A DNA stretch of 64,000 nucleotides. It comes from Promethearchaeota archaeon (GTDB lineage Archaea > Asgardarchaeota > Lokiarchaeia > Sigyniarchaeales > SOKP01). Made by a program: the position numbers and the translations under genes. The notes beneath the pieces are model-generated. The model was given only the letters and a program-made list of their open reading frames with translations, ran no database searches and was not told the DNA's origin. Shown one piece after another: positions 58,482 through 64,000 of this stretch; within the stretch, counting starts at the first letter, position 1, and each line of letters starts with the position of its first letter. The stretch covers positions 124,637 to 188,636 of the forward strand of contig JAUVXW010000003.1 of NCBI GenBank assembly GCA_030603385.1, written 5' to 3'.

Positions 58482-59636
58482 ATGGATGAAGAAATCGAAA
58501 TTCATGGTTTTTGTAATGAAAGATTCACGGCTGTAAAAAAGGCATTTGCGAAAAATTTTGAGATAGACGGAGATATTGGGGCTAGTTTTGCTGCTACTCT
58601 AGACGGGAAGTTTGTTATCGATATATGGGGTGGTTATGCTGACAAAGCTAAATCGAGACCATGGGAAGAAAACACAATTGTAAATGTATATTCGACAACC
58701 AAAGTGATGACAATAATATGTGCACTCATGTTAGTCGATCGCGGACTACTCGATCTAGATGCTCTTGTAGCGAAATACTGGCCAGAATTCGCCCAAAATG
58801 GAAAAGAAAAAATTTTAGTTCGACAAATTTTCAGTCACTCTTCTGGTTTAGCCGGATGGGAAGAGAAAATAAGAGCCGAAGATCTTTACAATTGGGACAA
58901 AGTTGTGAATCTGCTTGCTGCTCAAAAACCATGGTGGGAACCAGGAACCAAGAGTGGATACCATGCTATTACACACGGTTATCTTTTAGGGGAGTTAGTT
59001 AGACGTATTACTGGTAAATCTTTAGGTACTTTTTTTAAAGAAGAAGTGGCTGGACCACTTAATGCAGATTTCCATATTGGATTCGGACAAGAACACGATA
59101 GTAGAGTAGCCGATTTAATTCCCCCCTATGTACCTCAAAAAGGTGATCCAGGGTATGTTGAAATGGATCCTAACTCCATTTTTAGTCGTGTTTTTTCTAA
59201 TCCACTTTTAACGACAGACCATATAAAAACGCGAGAATGGCGCGCTGCTGAGATTCCTGCAGCAGGAGGGCATGGTAATGCAAGATCAGTAGCGAAAGTC
59301 GCATCAGCCATAGCATGTGGTGGTGAAGTAGATGATGTTCGGCTTTTAAAAATGGAGACAATCAAAAAAGCAATGGAAGAGCAAAGTTACATGCAAGATC
59401 TTGTTATGTTAATGCCAATTCGGTTTGGTGTGGGTTTTGGACTTCCGAGTAAAGAGCTCCCTTTTCCAAGCCCTAATACTCTATATTGGGGTGGAGCAGG
59501 AGGAAGTGTAATCGTAATGGACCTAGATAACAAACTTAGTGTATCCTATGTAATGAATCAAATGAAAATGACAACAACAGGAGATACACGATCTGCAAGA
59601 CTAATAATGTCTCTGTATGCTGGGTTGAGTAAATAA
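58482..59636 (+). CDS. Serine hydrolase, class C beta-lactamase-like (family VIII esterase)
   Basis: YSTTK, GYHA, YWGGAGG; paralog of 16116..17261. Confidence 0.9.
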   Translation: MDEEIEIHGFCNERFTAVKKAFAKNFEIDGDIGASFAATLDGKFVIDIWGGYADKAKSRPWEENTIVNVYSTTKVMTIICALMLVDRGLLDLDALVAKYWPEFAQNGKEKILVRQIFSHSSGLAGWEEKIRAEDLYNWDKVVNLLAAQKPWWEPGTKSGYHAITHGYLLGELVRRITGKSLGTFFKEEVAGPLNADFHIGFGQEHDSRVADLIPPYVPQKGDPGYVEMDPNSIFSRVFSNPLLTTDHIKTREWRAAEIPAAGGHGNARSVAKVASAIACGGEVDDVRLLKMETIKKAMEEQSYMQDLVMLMPIRFGVGFGLPSKELPFPSPNTLYWGGAGGSVIVMDLDNKLSVSYVMNQMKMTTTGDTRSARLIMSLYAGLSK

Positions 59637-59784
59637 ATTTAGATCTAAAACCTTTAGAAAGAAGAATTTTTTTCTAATTTTTATATTTTATTAATAACCA
59701 ATACTTTGTCTAATACTTCCCAAACTAATAAAAATAGTAAATAAAATTGATTTTGTAATTATTGGTTTAGAGTTATCGTATAAA

Positions 59785-61098
59785 TTAAAGAGCTTCAACT
59801 ACAGTGGCAATTCCCACACCAAAACCGCCACACATTAATTGTACGCCATATTTCTTGTTGTTGTTCTTTAAATAGTGTACCATCTCACCAAAATAGATTA
59901 CTCCACTTGCTCCAATAGGATGGCCTATAGCAATTGCACCCCCAGTAGGATTAACTCGAGGATCATCAAATTCATAACCAAAATCTTTAGAAAACGCTAA
60001 GCATGGGCTTGCGAAAGCTTCATTAGGCTCTATTACATCCATATCATCTACTGTGAGATCTGCCCTTTCCAAAGCCTTTCTCATGGCGGGAATTGGTGCC
60101 AAAAGCATGATAATAGGCTCACCACCAGCCACTGCGGTTGAAAGTATTCTAGCCATTGGTTTTATTCCCAGTTCATCAGCTTTTTCCCGAGACATTAATA
60201 GAGTTGCTGCTGCTCCATCGACTATTTGTGAAGAATTTCCTGCGGTTACTATACCACCTTTTTGAGCAGATCTGAATACTGGCTTCAAGCTTCTTATCAT
60301 TTCCCAACCTTTTTCTGGATCATCTAAATATACACTCCGTACTGTTTGATCTTTAGTAACCGTAACCTCTTCTACCTTTTGCTTACCTGTATTTTCATCC
60401 TTTATTGGTTTCATATTTTCGTCTGTGTATCTTTTTTGATAAGTAACTGGTACGACTCGTTTGAAATATTCATCTTCATTACGCATTGCTTTCGTGGCTT
60501 TTTGATGGCTCCAAACACCAAATTGATCCAATTCTTCTCGTGTAAAACCATATCTATCATTAATCATCTCTGAAGAAACACCTTGAGGTACGATACTTCT
60601 CAAAGGTTCATTAGTCCATCCTGGAGACATTATCATTGGATAGTTCGGAATTCGACTGGTAATTTGCATATCTGAACCCATCGCATAATGTGTCATTGAC
60701 TCAACTCCCGCTGCTAAACAAATGTCACCATCTCCAACTCGAATAGCATTAGCAACTGTGTTAATGGCTTGAAGTCCAGCGTTACAATACCTATTGACAG
60801 TTGCGCCTGCTATTTCATCAGGTAATCCTGCTAACAGTAATGCAATCCTTGCGATATTACCACCTTGTTCTCCCAATTGTGATAAACAACCCACTTGCAA
60901 ATCTTCAATCTCTTTAGGATCAAAATCTGGATATCTTTCTTTTGTTCTATCTACAACCGACCTTAAAACCGTTACTAATAGGTCTTGAGCTGAACATTCT
61001 CTAAACGAACCACCAAGTTTTTTCATCTGAGCACGCCCTGATTTACCAATTGGTGTTCGAACTGCATCAACAACTACACACTCTTTTAATTCTTTCAT
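59785..61098 (-). CDS. Acetyl-CoA C-acyltransferase (thiolase)
   Basis: VRTPIG, NRYCNAG, GVESMT, NEAFA, GHPIGASG, MCGGFG. Confidence 0.92.
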   Translation of the reverse strand: MKELKECVVVDAVRTPIGKSGRAQMKKLGGSFRECSAQDLLVTVLRSVVDRTKERYPDFDPKEIEDLQVGCLSQLGEQGGNIARIALLLAGLPDEIAGATVNRYCNAGLQAINTVANAIRVGDGDICLAAGVESMTHYAMGSDMQITSRIPNYPMIMSPGWTNEPLRSIVPQGVSSEMINDRYGFTREELDQFGVWSHQKATKAMRNEDEYFKRVVPVTYQKRYTDENMKPIKDENTGKQKVEEVTVTKDQTVRSVYLDDPEKGWEMIRSLKPVFRSAQKGGIVTAGNSSQIVDGAAATLLMSREKADELGIKPMARILSTAVAGGEPIIMLLAPIPAMRKALERADLTVDDMDVIEPNEAFASPCLAFSKDFGYEFDDPRVNPTGGAIAIGHPIGASGVIYFGEMVHYLKNNNKKYGVQLMCGGFGVGIATVVEAL

Positions 61099-61104
61099 TT
61101 TTCA

Positions 61105-62259
61105 TCACTCTACTATTGGATTTTCTTTTTTTATTAAATTTTCTGTCATACTTAATATTATTTCTTCTGCTTCAGTCATTATACTTTGAATTAAATCATG
61201 GACCGTTGGTATTGAGTGAATTCTACCAGTAACAACACCCGCGTTCATAAGGCTTTCATTTTCGTCCTCATCTACTAGTTTCCTGAATCCTCGCTCTTCT
61301 AAGATACGAATTTCATCGGTTGATGGACAAGGTTTCCCACGATATAGATCCGAAGCACCCTTAATAGTTTCATCTATAACCTCAAGAGAGGCAGGATTTA
61401 TTAAGAATCTCATAGGGCCAAATATTCCTCTTCCAACAATGGTGTCAAATTCAGTAGCTTTGACCAGTTGTTCTTTCCACATTTGTTCAAAATCACCCTC
61501 TTGAGTAGCGATGAATCGTGTGCCCATTTGAACTCCTATAGCCCCCAAAGCTAGTGCAGCAGCTAAAGATGCACCATCAGCAAAACCTCCAGCACCAACA
61601 ACAGGTAAATTGACAGTTCTAACTACCTCTGGGAGTAGAACCATAGAAGACGTGTCTCTCCAAGCACAATGCGCTCCTCCTTCCCTTCCTGAAGCGATGA
61701 TAATATCTACACCAGATCTCTCGGCTCTTTTTGACCCTCTCACATTTGGGCATACCTGACACCAAATTATTGAAGGCAATTCCTTCTTGACTTCAAGAAA
61801 TGCCCTTTTAGATCCCTTCTCTCTTGCATCTATAGCCCAAGGAAGCGGATCTCCCGCGGATGTCACCATAACATTTAACTGATTCTTAACTTCTGGTGTT
61901 TCTTCAAAAATCTCAATAACAGCTTTCATAAATTGTCTTGACACCATAGTGAATTCTTTAGCAATTGGTATATTAACACCAAATTTTGCTTCGGGATAAT
62001 CCTTGAGCTTTTCATAAACATATCTTATCGTCTGTTTGAGAACATTTTTGGGGCTGCCACCAACTCCGAAATCAAGTTTTCGATCTTTCTCAGGTATAAA
62101 ATTCACATCAGGACCTGCCATGCCAATTGTTGAGATCAAACCTAACCCACCTTCTTTTGCTACTGTGATACATAACTTTGTGGTCGCATATGGTCCCATC
62201 CCTGCTTGTATAATTGGATACTTCGTCCCAATTATCTCTTGGAATTTTGTTTGTATCAT
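61105..62259 (-). CDS. FMN-dependent nitronate monooxygenase / FabK-like enoyl reductase
   Basis: YPIIQAGMG, EGGAH, GAGGF, QMGTRF; 6 nt upstream of a thiolase. Confidence 0.85.
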   Translation of the reverse strand: MIQTKFQEIIGTKYPIIQAGMGPYATTKLCITVAKEGGLGLISTIGMAGPDVNFIPEKDRKLDFGVGGSPKNVLKQTIRYVYEKLKDYPEAKFGVNIPIAKEFTMVSRQFMKAVIEIFEETPEVKNQLNVMVTSAGDPLPWAIDAREKGSKRAFLEVKKELPSIIWCQVCPNVRGSKRAERSGVDIIIASGREGGAHCAWRDTSSMVLLPEVVRTVNLPVVGAGGFADGASLAAALALGAIGVQMGTRFIATQEGDFEQMWKEQLVKATEFDTIVGRGIFGPMRFLINPASLEVIDETIKGASDLYRGKPCPSTDEIRILEERGFRKLVDEDENESLMNAGVVTGRIHSIPTVHDLIQSIMTEAEEIILSMTENLIKKENPIVE

Positions 62260-62463
62260 TTTATTTCAGTTTTTTTTATTTATTTAGACATTTTACAACC
62301 TAAAATATAATTGTTGTATTAAATTTTACATTCTTTCTAAATAAAACTATCTAACTTTATAAAGAACTCATTCATGTTTCTCTACGTGCAATGTATATCT
62401 AATACTTAGGAATTATTTAAGATTACTTCCCTTCTTTTCGAAGTGCATTTTCTTTATATTAAT

Positions 62464-63582
62464 TTATCTAGTTATTCTTACGAGATTTTGTGCTTTTTCC
62501 TTTATTATTTTTTCTCCAATGTTGGCTATTCTCTGTGCTAATTCTGAAATTTTCCATTTTTCATGACTTTTTACAAATGTAGAAAAAGTATCTTGTAAAG
62601 GATCCTTCCATTTTGCAGGAATTTTGTGAGCTCCATGTACAACGCCCATAAGTGCTCCAATATTCCCACAATTACAATCAGTATCATACCCCATCATCGC
62701 AGCGATACATATGGATCGTCCAAAGGGATCTTGTTTATCTTGAGCACCATATAGAAGTGAGAGTATTATTATTCCGATATTTGGTAATGTATGAACTCCT
62801 CCTAAGCGAGTATTTAGCAAAATACTTCTTTCTATAGGAAAAACTGAAGATGATGCAAGTACTTTGCGTACCATTTTTTTGATCCAATATTCCTTAATTA
62901 AAATTTGCCTTGCGGTTCTAAAATCGGTAGGATTCTCCTCAAAGATTTCAATTGCCTTCATTACAGTCTGAGTATATAAACTATCCTTTTTGGGTGGGAG
63001 GTGTTTGATTGCAGTATTAATGTTCTTCCTTATATCTGACTCAAAGAAGGCTTGAGAGATTAAAACAGCAAGAAAAATCTCACCTTCTATCCCCACTCCC
63101 GCATGAGAAATAGAACCGTCCATTTGTGCGTATTCTCTGGCTAATTTTGGGCACCCTGGAGAAATCTGACCCCAAATATCTGCTCGCATCTGAGCTCCTA
63201 TGAAGTCATAATAGAAATTGTTAAGAACACCGGATTTAGGTGGCAATATCCCGGCTTTAAGATTATTATATGCAATTTTTTCGGCAGTGAATATATTATC
63301 TTCTCTACTAAGAAGGTTTATCCATTCTTGAGCAATTTGTTGTGCAGTTAAATTAACACCGTATTTTTCTAACGCAATCAAAGCAACAATTTCATACATT
63401 TCATCATCATTTACATGACTTAAATTTATAGGTTCCGGATATTCTGTTATATCACCATATTTGTTCAAAATATCTTCATAAGATCTTAACTCAACTGGCA
63501 CACCTACAAAATCTCCCGCGACTCTTCCAATCCAGGATCCTAAAACTCTATCGTAATATTCTTTAGAACTTAATTCCATCAT
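62464..63582 (-). CDS. ADP-ribosylglycohydrolase family protein
   Basis: GDFVGVPVE, NDDE, FTAE, GAQMRAD, DGSISH, GYDTDCN. Confidence 0.85.
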   Translation of the reverse strand: MMELSSKEYYDRVLGSWIGRVAGDFVGVPVELRSYEDILNKYGDITEYPEPINLSHVNDDEMYEIVALIALEKYGVNLTAQQIAQEWINLLSREDNIFTAEKIAYNNLKAGILPPKSGVLNNFYYDFIGAQMRADIWGQISPGCPKLAREYAQMDGSISHAGVGIEGEIFLAVLISQAFFESDIRKNINTAIKHLPPKKDSLYTQTVMKAIEIFEENPTDFRTARQILIKEYWIKKMVRKVLASSSVFPIERSILLNTRLGGVHTLPNIGIIILSLLYGAQDKQDPFGRSICIAAMMGYDTDCNCGNIGALMGVVHGAHKIPAKWKDPLQDTFSTFVKSHEKWKISELAQRIANIGEKIIKEKAQNLVRITR

Positions 63583-63598
63583 GAGATATCAATAAATA

Positions 63599-64000
63599 TT
63601 ACTTTTTTGATTCAATAAATTTTTTATCCTTGTTTATAAAATAAACCCAAGCATTACGAGACATTAGACAATAATCTTCAGCAGCCAGGATTTTTAATAA
63701 TTCAATACGGAATTTCCGCGCTTCAATATTTTCTGGATCTGCTTGAATTAAGACATCTAAGATTTCTAATGCTAATTGTGCTTGGTTTTGTTCTAAGAGG
63801 TCTTGTGCTCGTTTTAGAATTTTTTCAGAGTCTCCTATAAGATTGAGCAACTCCCCCATAACCTCCTTCTCTGGTCTTGGTAGGAGATGAGCCGGATTAT
63901 TATCAAAATAACCGTGATACCATCTATATACATTAAAAGTGAAGAATTCAGGTCTGGAATATGCAGGCGCTAAGTAGGGATTATTTTTAAGATGATCGGG
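63599..64000 (-). CDS. Alkyl-sulfatase-like MBL protein, C-terminal dimerisation region (runs off the window)
   Basis: The frame is open to the window edge: PDHLKNNPYLAPAYSRPEFFTFNVYRWYHGYFDNNPAHLLP...MSRNAW. Confidence 0.75.
   Translation of the reverse strand, partial: PDHLKNNPYLAPAYSRPEFFTFNVYRWYHGYFDNNPAHLLPRPEKEVMGELLNLIGDSEKILKRAQDLLEQNQAQLALEILDVLIQADPENIEARKFRIELLKILAAEDYCLMSRNAWVYFINKDKKFIESKK

Noticed and set aside
583-62837. Many short antisense or overlapping ORFs in the track (e.g. 583..780, 13894..14358, 48542..48790, 58661..59002)
   Set aside because: They lie within well-supported genes on the opposite strand or in another frame, and have no motifs; they are shadow ORFs

Overview
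This is an AT-rich, gene-dense prokaryotic window. It is probably from a Lokiarchaeia-type Asgard archaeon; this is inferred from a Loki-CTERM-like IPGY/TM/basic tail on the ABC substrate-binding protein, GAGG/GGTGA-type RBSs, TATA-like promoters and a heavily paralogous lipid-catabolic repertoire. Most of the window is acyl-CoA and ester metabolism: 4 thiolases, 5 crotonases, 3 tandem MaoC (R)-hydratases, 2 SDRs, 2 FATP-type acyl-CoA synthetases, 3 FabK/NMO-like flavoproteins, and several esterases and hydrolases. It also holds two cytoplasmic DmsAB-like molybdoenzymes, uncharacterised Fe-S proteins, a small toxin-antitoxin-like island and an unusual Opp/Dpp ABC operon. The most notable observations are: (1) an intact thiolase with three catalytic residues replaced (C->D, H->N, C->S), in tandem with an active sister; (2) Opp ATPases carrying their own N-terminal membrane domains; (3) a GltD-like flavoprotein inserted inside a DmsB Fe-S motif; (4) an RHH-DUF5678-like-retropepsin fusion next to a HEPN-MNT pair; (5) acyl-CoA synthetases fused to an SCP2 domain or a winged-helix domain; (6) a deletion scar fusing two genes, a frameshifted MFS gene, and duplicated promoter/operator elements. 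No rRNA, tRNA, CRISPR array or transposase was recognised. All family assignments are from motif reading, not database searches.
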